Shown: one piece after another, positions 30,284 to 38,966 of the stretch | Numbering within the stretch: the stretch's first letter is position 1 | Layout of the letters: every line of letters starts with the position of its first letter | Assembly (NCBI GenBank): GCA_964596735.1 | Contig: CAZQVF010000006.1 | Location: 24,152 to 88,151 of the forward strand | DNA: 64,000 bases | Origin: an uncultured Gammaproteobacteria bacterium | GTDB lineage: Bacteria; Patescibacteriota; Patescibacteriia; UBA2591; UBA6264 | Direction of reading: 5' to 3' | Program-made: the position numbers and the translations under genes | The notes under the pieces: model-generated | The model's input: the letters and a program-made list of their open reading frames with translations, nothing else | The model's database searches: none | What the model was told of the DNA's origin: nothing

Positions 30284-32107
30284 ATGAAATCATTGATTAA
30301 AAATTTTCTTATTTTCTTAATCATTTTTTTGATTATCTCTGGAATCTTTAGTCTCTTGGGTAGTCAAAGCAAAAGAATTCAAGAAATCAGTTTAAACGAA
30401 TTGGTTCAAGAAATTCAAGACGAATTAGTTCAAAAAATTACCATAGAAGAAAATCGTTTAAACATTCTCTTAATTGATCAAACACAACAAATTACATTTA
30501 AAGAAGAGAATGAATCTCTTGTTGAACTATTAAATAATTATGGTGTTTCTCCTGAAAAACTTTCCAAATTATCTTTGGTGGTTAAAAGTATGAGAGGAAG
30601 AAACACTTTTTTTAATATTATTTTTCCTCTTCTTATTCCCTTACTTTTATTAATCGGCTTGATTTATTTCTTTTCCAAGCAAGTTAAAGGGGCTGGGATG
30701 CAAGCTTTTAAGTTTGGAGAAAGTAAAGCAAGAAAAGTTAATCCTCAAGATAAAAAAGTAAAAACCACCTTTAAAGACGTGGCTGGCGTTCAAGAAGCTA
30801 AAGAAGAATTAAAAGAAATCGTTGACTTTTTAAAGAATCCTAAAAAATATATTCTTCTTGGAGCAAAAATCCCCAAAGGTGTTTTATTGGTTGGTCCTCC
30901 TGGCTGTGGAAAAACTCTTTTAGCGCGAGCTGTAGCTGGAGAGGCTAATACTCCCTTCTTCCATATTTCTGGTTCAGAATTTATTGAGCTCTTTGTTGGT
31001 GTTGGAGCCTCACGCGTCCGAGATCTTTTTACTAAAGCAAAAAAGAATCTTCCGGCTATTGTTTTTGTGGACGAATTAGACGCTGTTGGTCGTCAAAGAG
31101 GAGCGGGGTTAGGAGGTTCACATGATGAAAGAGAACAAACCTTAAACCAAATCTTAGTTGAACTTGATGGCTTTGAACCAAATATTGGTCTAATTGTCTT
31201 AGCGGCTACTAATCGTCCAGATATTTTAGATCCAGCGCTATTAAGACCAGGCCGTTTTGACCGAAAAGTAATCCTTAATTTACCAGACATTAAGGGTCGT
31301 GAATCAATTTTAAAAATTCATGCGAGGGGAAAACCACTCGACCCAAAAGTTAATCTTAAAAAAATTGCTGAGAGAACCCCCGGATTCACTGGAGCTGACT
31401 TAGAAAACCTTTTAAATGAAGCTTCAATTCTATCCGCTAAAACAAATAAGAAAAAAATTGGTTTAAAAGAAATATTAGAAAGCGTTGAAAGGGTTCTTTT
31501 AGGACCTGAAAGAAAAAGCCATATTCTCTCAAAAAAAGAAAAAGAAATTATCGCATTTCATGAAGCAGGGCACGCTATTGTTAGTCATGTTTTACCAGGA
31601 TGTGATCCTGTACAAAAAATTTCTATTATCTCCCGGGGACAAGCGGCCGGTTATACCTTAAGCATTCCTGAACAAGAAAAATTTCTTAAAACAAAGTCTG
31701 AGTTTTTAGATAATCTTTCTGCTCTATTAGGAGGATACGTGGCTGAAGAAGAAACCTTTGGACAAGTGACAACAGGGGCGGCTAATGATCTTCGCCGGGC
31801 AACTCAACTGTCTCGTAAACTAGTAACCGAATATGGGATGAGCAAAATATTAGGACCAAGAACTTTTGGCGAAAAAGAAGAAATGATTTTTCTTGGTCGT
31901 GAAATTGCTGAAAGAAGGGACTATTCTGAAGAATTTGCCCAAATTATTGACAAAGAAGTTTCTAGTTTCATTAAGCTCTGCTATGATAAGGCCAAAAACA
32001 TTCTTCAAAAAAATAAAACAAAACTAGAAGAAGTTGCTCAACTTTTATTAAAAAAGGAAACCTTAGAAAAAGAGACCTTTCTTAAAATAATGACTAAAAA
32101 GAAATAA
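30284..32107 (+). CDS. ftsH: ATP-dependent zinc metalloprotease FtsH
   Basis: GPPGCGKT Walker A, AAA second region of homology (SRH), HEAGHA zinc motif. Confidence 0.9.
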   Translation: MKSLIKNFLIFLIIFLIISGIFSLLGSQSKRIQEISLNELVQEIQDELVQKITIEENRLNILLIDQTQQITFKEENESLVELLNNYGVSPEKLSKLSLVVKSMRGRNTFFNIIFPLLIPLLLLIGLIYFFSKQVKGAGMQAFKFGESKARKVNPQDKKVKTTFKDVAGVQEAKEELKEIVDFLKNPKKYILLGAKIPKGVLLVGPPGCGKTLLARAVAGEANTPFFHISGSEFIELFVGVGASRVRDLFTKAKKNLPAIVFVDELDAVGRQRGAGLGGSHDEREQTLNQILVELDGFEPNIGLIVLAATNRPDILDPALLRPGRFDRKVILNLPDIKGRESILKIHARGKPLDPKVNLKKIAERTPGFTGADLENLLNEASILSAKTNKKKIGLKEILESVERVLLGPERKSHILSKKEKEIIAFHEAGHAIVSHVLPGCDPVQKISIISRGQAAGYTLSIPEQEKFLKTKSEFLDNLSALLGGYVAEEETFGQVTTGAANDLRRATQLSRKLVTEYGMSKILGPRTFGEKEEMIFLGREIAERRDYSEEFAQIIDKEVSSFIKLCYDKAKNILQKNKTKLEEVAQLLLKKETLEKETFLKIMTKKK

Positions 32108-32116
32108 ATTATTAAT

Positions 32117-33031
32117 ATGAAACCTGAACTAAAAACCTTGTTTAAAAATTCTTGGAATTTTGTTTGGCATCATCCATTTCTTTGGCTCTTTGGCTTCTTT
32201 GCTGCTTTTTTTACTAACAATGAAGTCCATTTAATTATTGCTAATTTCCAACGAATAAATAAGTGGGTAGATCAATTAATCATTTTTAAATCTTTTCAAA
32301 TACAGTTTCAAAATCTTTTAAATACTTTCACTCCTTTACAATTTCTTAATATAAAAACTAATTATCATTTAATCTTCGCTGTCATTGTTGTTCTTTTGTT
32401 TTTTTACTTATCCTTTCTTTCACAAATTTCCATTATCTTATCAGTAAAAAATCGTCATTTTAAAGAAAAATTGTCTTTCAATAAAATGTGGAAAAAAAGT
32501 AAAAATTTTCTTTGGCCTATTGTTGGAATTTATTTAATTATTTTCCTGCTTATTTATGGCTTCTTGTCTTTATTGGGCCTTTCTTTTTTCTATCAAATAC
32601 CTATTCCTTTTGTTGTTTATGTTTTTTTGTTTATAATTTTAGGCTTTCTCATTTCTTTTATCTCTAGATTTACTATTTGTTTCATAGTCTTAGAAAAAAA
32701 GAAATTCTTTAACGCAATCAAAATGGGAACTATATTCTTCTTTAAAAATTGGTTGACCACAATTAAAATTTCTATTTATTTTTGTTTAATCACTATTTTA
32801 ATCGGATTAGGGCTTTTCTTAGTTTCTGTAGGAACAGCCGTTCCCTTCCTAATCCTTGTTGACCTGTTTTTACGTTTAAATTTTGTTATTGGTTTTTGGT
32901 TAATTCTCGTCTTTTGGACAATTCTTATTCTTACTTTCTTCCTATTATTAAGTTCTATTTTTTCTGCCTGGCAATTCTCTGTTTGGACTTCATTTTTCAT
33001 GCGACATCGTAATTCCTCTGAAAAAGAATAG
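32117..33031 (+). CDS. hypothetical polytopic membrane protein
   Basis: Multiple TM helices; no family recognised. Confidence 0.3.
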   Translation: MKPELKTLFKNSWNFVWHHPFLWLFGFFAAFFTNNEVHLIIANFQRINKWVDQLIIFKSFQIQFQNLLNTFTPLQFLNIKTNYHLIFAVIVVLLFFYLSFLSQISIILSVKNRHFKEKLSFNKMWKKSKNFLWPIVGIYLIIFLLIYGFLSLLGLSFFYQIPIPFVVYVFLFIILGFLISFISRFTICFIVLEKKKFFNAIKMGTIFFFKNWLTTIKISIYFCLITILIGLGLFLVSVGTAVPFLILVDLFLRLNFVIGFWLILVFWTILILTFFLLLSSIFSAWQFSVWTSFFMRHRNSSEKE

Positions 33032-33247
33032 GAAAAGATGTGGATAAAGGACAATCTTTCTTATGTATTTAAATTTTATACAAGGATAACTTAATCTATT
33101 AACATTTATTCAACACATTATCCCATTCTTTCCCATATAATCAATATTCTTAAACGTCTTTTTAAAGGCTTTTTACTAAAATCTCCTCTTTTCTCCACTT
33201 AGTTATTACTATATACTATATATAAATATATAATATAATAATATAAT

Positions 33248-34366
33248 ATGAAATTTTCATGTCTTCAAGAAAACCTTTCTCAGGGATTGAATACTTGTAC
33301 CCATTTAGCAGGTACAAGCAGAACAAGTTTACCTATTTTGAATAATATTCTATTAACAGCTCAAAAGGGTTTTCTTAAAATTAGCGCTACCAATTTAGAA
33401 ATAGCAATTGAAACAAAAATTAGAGCAAAAATAGAGAAAGAAGGAAAAATCACTATTCCAGCACAGTTATTTAATAATTATATAGATCTTTTGCCAAATG
33501 AAGCTTTAAATTTTGAAACAATTAAAGACGAAATATCGATTAAGAGTAAAAAACAAAGTGCAAAAATTAAAGGAATTTCGCCTGATGAATTTCCTATTAT
33601 TCCTTTAGTTGAAACAAAAGAAAAATTTTTAATAGAAGGGACAGCATTAAAAAATGCTTTAGAAAAAACAATTTTTTCTATTTCTTCTTCAGAGGTAAGA
33701 GCTGAATTGAGCGGGGCTCTTTTTTCTTTTAATAAACCAGAAAGAAATAAATTAACAATGGTTGGAACAGATAGTTATCGATTAACAGAGAAAGAAATTT
33801 CTGTTAAAAATACGCCTTCTAAGACAATTAAAAATCTTATTATTCCAGTAAGGACGCTTCAAGAGGTATTAAGAATTATTAAAGATAAAGGAGATGTGGA
33901 GATATGTTTGTCAGAAAATCAAATATTGTTTGTTCATAAGGGCACAGAACTCACCTCACGAGTAATTAACGGAGAGTATCCTGACTATAAGCAAACCATT
34001 CCCCAGGCAATAAAGACAAAAGTTTTAATTAAAAAAGAGGAGTTTTTAAGAAGCGTTAAAGCGGCTAGCTTTTTTACTAAATTAGGAATAAATGATATAA
34101 ATTTGAAATTTTTAGCCAAGGAAAACCAATTGATTATTTCTTCTCTTAATAGTCAGATTGGTGAAAATAAGGCAATATTGCCAGCCGAGGTTGTTGGGGA
34201 AAATAATGAAATAGTTTTTAATTATCGTTACCTAATAGACGGTTTAACCAATTTATCCGGAGATGAGGTCAGTCTAGAAATAGTTAATGATGACACCCCT
34301 GGATTAATAAGGTCGACAACAGATAAACATTACTTATATTTAATTATGCCGATAAAAAATAATTAA
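33248..34366 (+). CDS. dnaN: DNA polymerase III beta sliding clamp
   Basis: MKFSCLQENL...LPILNNILL N-terminus, about 370 aa, three-domain length. Confidence 0.85.
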   Translation: MKFSCLQENLSQGLNTCTHLAGTSRTSLPILNNILLTAQKGFLKISATNLEIAIETKIRAKIEKEGKITIPAQLFNNYIDLLPNEALNFETIKDEISIKSKKQSAKIKGISPDEFPIIPLVETKEKFLIEGTALKNALEKTIFSISSSEVRAELSGALFSFNKPERNKLTMVGTDSYRLTEKEISVKNTPSKTIKNLIIPVRTLQEVLRIIKDKGDVEICLSENQILFVHKGTELTSRVINGEYPDYKQTIPQAIKTKVLIKKEEFLRSVKAASFFTKLGINDINLKFLAKENQLIISSLNSQIGENKAILPAEVVGENNEIVFNYRYLIDGLTNLSGDEVSLEIVNDDTPGLIRSTTDKHYLYLIMPIKNN

Positions 34367-34406
34367 CTTCCTACTTTTTAAAAAAAGTAGGATTAATGAG
34401 GTTTTT

Positions 34407-34682
34407 ATGAACAAAAAAGAATTAATCGAAGCCTTAACCAAAAAAGGTAAATGTTGTTCAAAAGCAGAAACAAGCAGATGCTTAAATGCTTTTGTTGAAA
34501 TTATTAAAACAACCTTAAAAGGAGGAGGGAAAGTAGTTATTGCTGGTTTTGGTACTTTTTCAGTTAAAAAAAGAGCAGCTCGAATTGGAGTTAACCCTCA
34601 AACTGGAGCAAGGATTCAAATTCCTGCCATGAGAGTTCCGAAATTTAAAGCAGGACAAGACTTTAAAAAGGTTGTTAAATAG
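34407..34682 (+). CDS. hup: HU family DNA-binding protein
   Basis: MNKKELIEALT...GFGTF...R.GRNPQTG pattern, 91 aa. Confidence 0.85.
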   Translation: MNKKELIEALTKKGKCCSKAETSRCLNAFVEIIKTTLKGGGKVVIAGFGTFSVKKRAARIGVNPQTGARIQIPAMRVPKFKAGQDFKKVVK

Positions 34683-34838
34683 TTTTTTACACTTATATAA
34701 AAAAAGGCCTTTTAAGGGGTCTTTTTTTAATTTAAAAAAGCCTTAAAGGGCTATATTAAAACAATGTAACGTTTTTAGCTTTAAATCGTCTTAATTAGTA
34801 GTGCTAGACTAGTATTTAGAAAACTAAAAATATTTTGT

Positions 34839-34873
34839 GCCAGGGTATGTCCAATTAAGGCCCCTGGCTTTTT
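34839..34873 (+). terminator. hairpin (GCCAGGG...CCCTGGC) plus T5, candidate hup terminator or 3' end of a small RNA
   Basis: 7-bp GC-rich inverted repeat followed by TTTTT, lying 157 nt after the hup stop. Confidence 0.35.
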
Positions 34874-35162
34874 ATTGTTAAATAGTATGGTTTTATAACG
34901 AAATACGAACTTTTTTGAAAATAATTATTAGGGGTTTATGATTTAGAAATTTTTCACTCTTACAACCCCGCAAAATTCGGGAGAATAAAAAGAAAAGGTT
35001 TAGGGGAGGGAATTTTTATCTGCCCTTTTATCCAACCGAAGTTTTATAAAGGCGGGTTTTCTCGTCCAAACGTGTTTTTTTATTTCGCCTTGCCAAATGC
35101 GCCGCCGAAACGCAAATATTATGTTATCCACAGTGTAGACTTGACGAATTCTTTCCGAATTG

Positions 35163-35193
35163 GTACAGTACTGATGTACTATTACAACAGTAC
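35163..35193 (+). promoter_or_regulatory. trp-operator-like GTAC array (GTACAGTACtgatGTACTattacaacAGTAC)
   Basis: Four GTAC motifs end 7 nt before the ATG of the TrpR-like gene. GTACT-N8-AGTAC has the same architecture as the E. coli trp operator GTACTAGTTAACTAGTAC. Confidence 0.4.
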
Positions 35194-35199
35194 ACAATT

Positions 35200-35472
35200 A
35201 TGAATTCAAAATACAAACAAGAATTAATAAATTTATTTATCCAAATTAAAAATCCCAAACTTATGGATGAGTTTTTAGAGGATATTCTTACTCCTGTAGA
35301 ATTTGAAGATATAATTACTCGCTGGCAAATTATTAAACAATTATCAAGAGGCGTTCCTCAAAGAGAAATAGCAAAGCAATTGGGAGTAAGTATAGCCAAA
35401 ATAACACGTGGTTCGCGGGAATTAAAGGATAAAAAAGGAGGATTTAATAAAGTATTGAGCATGAAGAAATAA
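35200..35472 (+). CDS. TrpR-related YerC/YecD-family DNA-binding protein
   Basis: ILTPVEFEDIITRWQII..LSRGVPQREIAKQLGVSIAKITRGSRELK, a helix-turn-helix typical of TrpR-like proteins, 90 aa. Confidence 0.7.
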   Translation: MNSKYKQELINLFIQIKNPKLMDEFLEDILTPVEFEDIITRWQIIKQLSRGVPQREIAKQLGVSIAKITRGSRELKDKKGGFNKVLSMKK

Positions 35473-35572
35473 TAATTTATGCAGATCAATAGTAGAAAAA
35501 ATTATTTAGCTTGGTGGACTTGTTACGATAAAGGCAAGATCCAATTTTAGTATTACTAAATTTTATATAAAG

Positions 35573-35606
35573 CGCCTTGGATCTTGCCAGGGCGTTTTTT
35601 GTTTTT
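35573..35606 (+). terminator. rho-independent terminator
   Basis: 8-bp stem CGCCTTGG/CCAGGGCG with a 6-nt loop, followed by TTTTTTGTTTTTG. Confidence 0.6.
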
Positions 35607-35677
35607 GTCTGAAATAGGTTGGTGAATGATTCGCCAGTCTAAACAGACAAAAAAGATCTTTTGCGAAGGAGGAAATT

Positions 35678-36772
35678 ATGCCGTTTCGTACTGACGTATC
35701 CGAAAAAAAAATGGTGGGGATAGGAATCGACATCACAGAGGTCTGCAACCGCAAATGCCCAACTTGCTTCGTAGCTCACACGCCACGCAACATGACACTG
35801 GAGATGTTCCAATGTATTGTTGACCAAGGGATCGAAATGGGTTTCACAGAGCTGTATATACTGGGTGGCGAGCCCACTACCCACCCCAACATTATGGAGT
35901 GCCTACAGTACATAAAAGGTAAGTTTAGCCTCGTGATTCTTGTTACGAATATGGATCGCCTGGCAGACAAGGCTTTTTGTGTGGCAGTAGAGAAAATGGG
36001 TGTGATTATTGCTGGACAACGCCACACGCTTGCTTCAGATAGTGATAACAGTAAGATGGAGTACCTGCTCACGGGTGGTAATCACCTCAATAGCTCTCAC
36101 CAGGCATGGGAGAACGTAGCCTTGTTTTTCCCTGCTAACCGTGTCTGCGTGCAGTGTTGTATCACGGCGCCAGTGGTCAAGAACGGCAGTATTTACGAGG
36201 TATTCCGCTGGTGTCGCCGGATGGGATATGAACCCGTAATGGAGTTCACTAAGGAAGGAGGTGGCTTCAAGCGTGGTTGTAGTTTAGATGTGGATCCAAC
36301 CACTATGCTCAGCGTGCTCGAGGAACTCCGCCGCATCGACCAGCAGGAATTCGACCTACCTGGCGCGGATTTACTCTCACCTCAAGCCTACGGGAAGACG
36401 TGTCACATGCAGGAAACCTCAATCCATTTTTGCGTGGACGGCGAGGCAATTCCTTGTGTGGGGTATCCGGCCTTAAGCTACGGTAACATTATAACCACCG
36501 GAATCAGGGAGATGCTCGGACATCCACTCAGAGTTCACATCTCCAATCCGCAGGCCTGGGTGTATGGTTACTGCCGTGATGAGTGCCCTCACTTTGACCT
36601 ATGCACTGGTGGCTGTCGTGGTTCGAGTTTCGACATGTCTGGGTGTTATCGGGCGAGTTTCTATTACTGCCCGTATATCCCGCGCGAGCGTCTTACTCTC
36701 GTTGACATGATTCCTCCCTCCTGTGCTGGCTGTCCTCTCGAGGGCAAACCGGCCTGTAATCCTCGGCGTTAA
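35678..36772 (+). CDS. radical SAM enzyme with C-terminal SPASM/twitch-like Cys cluster (peptide/protein maturase-like), GC-rich, horizontally acquired
   Basis: CNRKCPTC (CxxxCxxC), an ILGGEPTTHP glycine-rich SAM motif, and C-terminal CRDECPHFDLCTGGC plus CAGCPLEGKPAC clusters. AAGGAGG lies 5 nt upstream. The ORF is markedly GC-rich compared with its flanks. Confidence 0.85.
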   Translation: MPFRTDVSEKKMVGIGIDITEVCNRKCPTCFVAHTPRNMTLEMFQCIVDQGIEMGFTELYILGGEPTTHPNIMECLQYIKGKFSLVILVTNMDRLADKAFCVAVEKMGVIIAGQRHTLASDSDNSKMEYLLTGGNHLNSSHQAWENVALFFPANRVCVQCCITAPVVKNGSIYEVFRWCRRMGYEPVMEFTKEGGGFKRGCSLDVDPTTMLSVLEELRRIDQQEFDLPGADLLSPQAYGKTCHMQETSIHFCVDGEAIPCVGYPALSYGNIITTGIREMLGHPLRVHISNPQAWVYGYCRDECPHFDLCTGGCRGSSFDMSGCYRASFYYCPYIPRERLTLVDMIPPSCAGCPLEGKPACNPRR

Positions 36773-36785
36773 TGTGCCGATATAG

Positions 36786-36835
36786 GGTAGGAGCTGTAAT
36801 AATTAAACATTACAGCTTCTACCTACCTTCCCTCA
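36786..36835 (+). terminator. long hairpin terminator
   Basis: 15-bp stem GGTAGGAGCTGTAAT/ATTACAGCTTCTACC (one G·U pair), an 8-nt loop, then a T-rich tail. Confidence 0.55.
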
Positions 36836-36865
36836 TTTTAAAATCTGTGAAATAATAACACTATT

Positions 36866-37585
36866 ATGATATCAATATATAAAAGACAATTTAGAATAAT
36901 TAAAAAATACTTAGGAATTAAAAAGATTATTTCAATTCGTTTTTCTAATACCAAAACCTTGAATTTTAAAAAATATAAAGATACAGTTTGCACAGCTTTG
37001 GCTCGAAGTTTCAAAAATAATATCTCTACATATATAGATAGACAAAAGGGACAATTGTGCCCTGGTGGCAATTATTTTTTGAACATTACTCACCTGTCAA
37101 AAAAAGAAATTTGTAACGTGTATATTAAAGACGAAAAAGTTTTTAAAAATAATACTGTCTGCTCCCTTTTTTTAAAAAAGTTGCCCAAATATCCTTCTTT
37201 AGCACAAAAAAGATATATATTATTTACTCCATTAAGTGAAGAAATTAGAAAACCCGATGTAATAATTTTTTTGACTACTCCAGCACAGGCTGGTAGAATT
37301 TTAGGGGTAAGTGTTTATAAGAAATTATCTCAACCTTTAATAATGCCGGCATTATCAACCTGTGCTAGTATATATGCACCAATTGAATCTAATAGAATCC
37401 ATTTAAATTTTATTGATTATTACGACCGGTATTACCAAGGAAAACAAAATGGACAATTGCTTTGGAAAGATGAAGAGCTGATTGTCTCAATGCCATATGG
37501 TATTTTTAAAGAAATAATCAAGTGTATTCCGCTGTCGGCTCATGGAAATTATAGACCAAAAATAAAACCGCAAAAAGTTGAGTAG
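36866..37585 (+). CDS. hypothetical Cys-containing basic protein (possibly DUF169-like; unverified)
   Basis: 239-aa ORF with native AT-rich composition; conserved-looking LCPGGNYF and STCASIYAP segments. Confidence 0.3.
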   Translation: MISIYKRQFRIIKKYLGIKKIISIRFSNTKTLNFKKYKDTVCTALARSFKNNISTYIDRQKGQLCPGGNYFLNITHLSKKEICNVYIKDEKVFKNNTVCSLFLKKLPKYPSLAQKRYILFTPLSEEIRKPDVIIFLTTPAQAGRILGVSVYKKLSQPLIMPALSTCASIYAPIESNRIHLNFIDYYDRYYQGKQNGQLLWKDEELIVSMPYGIFKEIIKCIPLSAHGNYRPKIKPQKVE

Positions 37586-37685
37586 TTATAAACCATGTGG
37601 CGTGCCAGTACATTGGCACAAAAAAATACGGTTGGGCGATATACACCGCCTACCGAATGTCGTTCGAAAACCAAAAAGTTTTTAT

Positions 37686-37759
37686 TGGTACCCCCAGTAG
37701 GAATCGAACCTACGTCAACTGCTTAAGAGGCAGCTGCTTTACCATTAAGCTATGGGGGC
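37686..37759 (-). tRNA. tRNA-Lys (anticodon CUU), CCA encoded
   Basis: Cloverleaf GCCCCCA/TGGGGGT acceptor, GCTGC-CTCTTAA-GCAGT anticodon arm, GGTTCGATTCC T-arm, 3' ACCA. Confidence 0.85.
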
Positions 37760-37770
37760 TTTAAATACAA

Positions 37771-37842
37771 TGCCTCCGAAGGGAATCGAACCCCTATTTA
37801 CAGTTCCGAAGACTGTCGTGTTATCCATTACACCACGGAGGC
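37771..37842 (-). tRNA. tRNA-Arg (anticodon UCG)
   Basis: GCCTCCG/CGGAGGC acceptor, ACAGT-CTTCGGA-ACTGT anticodon arm, GGTTCGATTCC T-arm, discriminator A. Confidence 0.85.
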
Positions 37843-37910
37843 TTAAGATATTTAAAAAATTAAATCGGAGACAGGAACTCCGACTTCTCTCTTTTAGATA
37901 AAATATTCTT

Positions 37911-38957
37911 TTATTCTTTTAAAATTTCTTCAGGATAATTAGCATGAGCCAATGCAGTTTTTAAGGTGATCGATCCATTGCGATAAAGTCTTTTTAGACT
38001 TTGTTCTAGGGTACACATTCCTTCTTTGCTGCTAGTTTGTAAAACAGATTTGATTTGTGCTACTTTATTCTCGCGAATTAAATTAGCAGCAGCACCAGTG
38101 TTAATAAGAACTTCTCGGGCAGCAACTCGTCCGCCGCCTATTTTAGGTAATAAGTGTTGAGAAAGAATTCCCTTAAGAGCAAGGGCTACCTGGAGCCGGA
38201 TTTGCCCTTGTTGATCAACCGGGAAAATATCAATAATTCTATCAATAGTTTGGGGAGCGTTGGCAGTATGAAGAGTAGCTAAAACCAAGTGACCAGTTTC
38301 TGCTAAAGTAATTGCCAAAGCAACGGTTTCTAGATCTCTCATCTCACTGACCAATATAACATCAGGATCCTGACGGACAATATGTTTAAGAGCGGATTGA
38401 AAAGAAATCATATCTTGATTTAATTCTCTTTGAGCAATAACGCTTTTTTTTGAAGTAAAAACAAATTCAATAGGGTCTTCTAGCGTAATAATATGACAAG
38501 CTCTTTTATTGTTAATATAATCAATTAGGGCAGCTAAAGTAGTTGATTTTCCACAACCAGTGGGACCAGTAACAAGAACTAGCCCATCACGGAGCTCTGC
38601 AAAGTCGTAGACTGCTTTAGGCATATCAATTTCTTCCATTGTTGGAATCTCGGGGCAGATTAAACGAGCGGCTAAAGCAAGGACATTTTTTTCCCAAAAA
38701 ATGCTAACCCTAAAACGAAAACCACCTTTAATTTGATAAGAAAATTCTAGATTTTTCTTATTAAAAAGTTCATCTTTTTGGTCTTTGTTAATTACAGGTT
38801 CTATCAAAGACAAAATATTTTCATGTTTAAGGGCAGGCCAGTTTTTTACAGGCCTCATGACCCCATCAATACGAAAAAATACAGGTAAATTTGTGGCTAA
38901 ATGGACGTCGGAAGCTTTTAAAGAAATGGCTCCCTTAAAAATTTCTTCAATATTCAT
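37911..38957 (-). CDS. pilT: type IV pilus retraction ATPase PilT-like
   Basis: GPTGCGKSTTLAALIDYIN Walker A, with Asp-box and His-box spacing typical of PilT; about 348 aa. Confidence 0.8.
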   Translation of the reverse strand: MNIEEIFKGAISLKASDVHLATNLPVFFRIDGVMRPVKNWPALKHENILSLIEPVINKDQKDELFNKKNLEFSYQIKGGFRFRVSIFWEKNVLALAARLICPEIPTMEEIDMPKAVYDFAELRDGLVLVTGPTGCGKSTTLAALIDYINNKRACHIITLEDPIEFVFTSKKSVIAQRELNQDMISFQSALKHIVRQDPDVILVSEMRDLETVALAITLAETGHLVLATLHTANAPQTIDRIIDIFPVDQQGQIRLQVALALKGILSQHLLPKIGGGRVAAREVLINTGAAANLIRENKVAQIKSVLQTSSKEGMCTLEQSLKRLYRNGSITLKTALAHANYPEEILKE

Positions 38958-38966
38958 TTTATTTTT

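Noticed and set aside
33032-33247. Calling the dnaN-upstream intergenic region oriC
   Set aside because: Only one perfect DnaA box plus weak partial matches. dnaA is not adjacent. GC-skew cannot be evaluated from a 64-kb window by eye.
35626-35694. 22-aa ORF (MIRQSKQTKKIFCEGGNYAVSY) overlapping the rSAM RBS and start, considered as a precursor peptide
   Set aside because: It overlaps the SD and start codon of the rSAM gene in another frame, has no leader or core features, and its span is mostly the SD region. Probably fortuitous.
34700-35700. att-site duplication of the tRNA-Lys 3' end marking a genomic island boundary
   Set aside because: Only a 7-nt match (ttggtac) was found. No integrase is present. 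Island status rests on composition of one gene only.
35639-36476. Antisense and alternative-frame ORFs inside the rSAM gene (35639..35884 -, 35776..36072 -, 36288..36476 +)
   Set aside because: They occur only because the region is GC-rich (few stop codons). They lack start context and carry no motifs. The sense-strand rSAM ORF has an SD, rSAM/SPASM motifs and terminators.
37590-37685. Palindrome GTGCCAgtacatTGGCAC followed by A7, considered as a terminator for the upstream hypothetical gene
   Set aside because: The hairpin is followed by A-run rather than U-run on the plus strand, and on the minus strand the T-run precedes the hairpin. Not a canonical intrinsic terminator.
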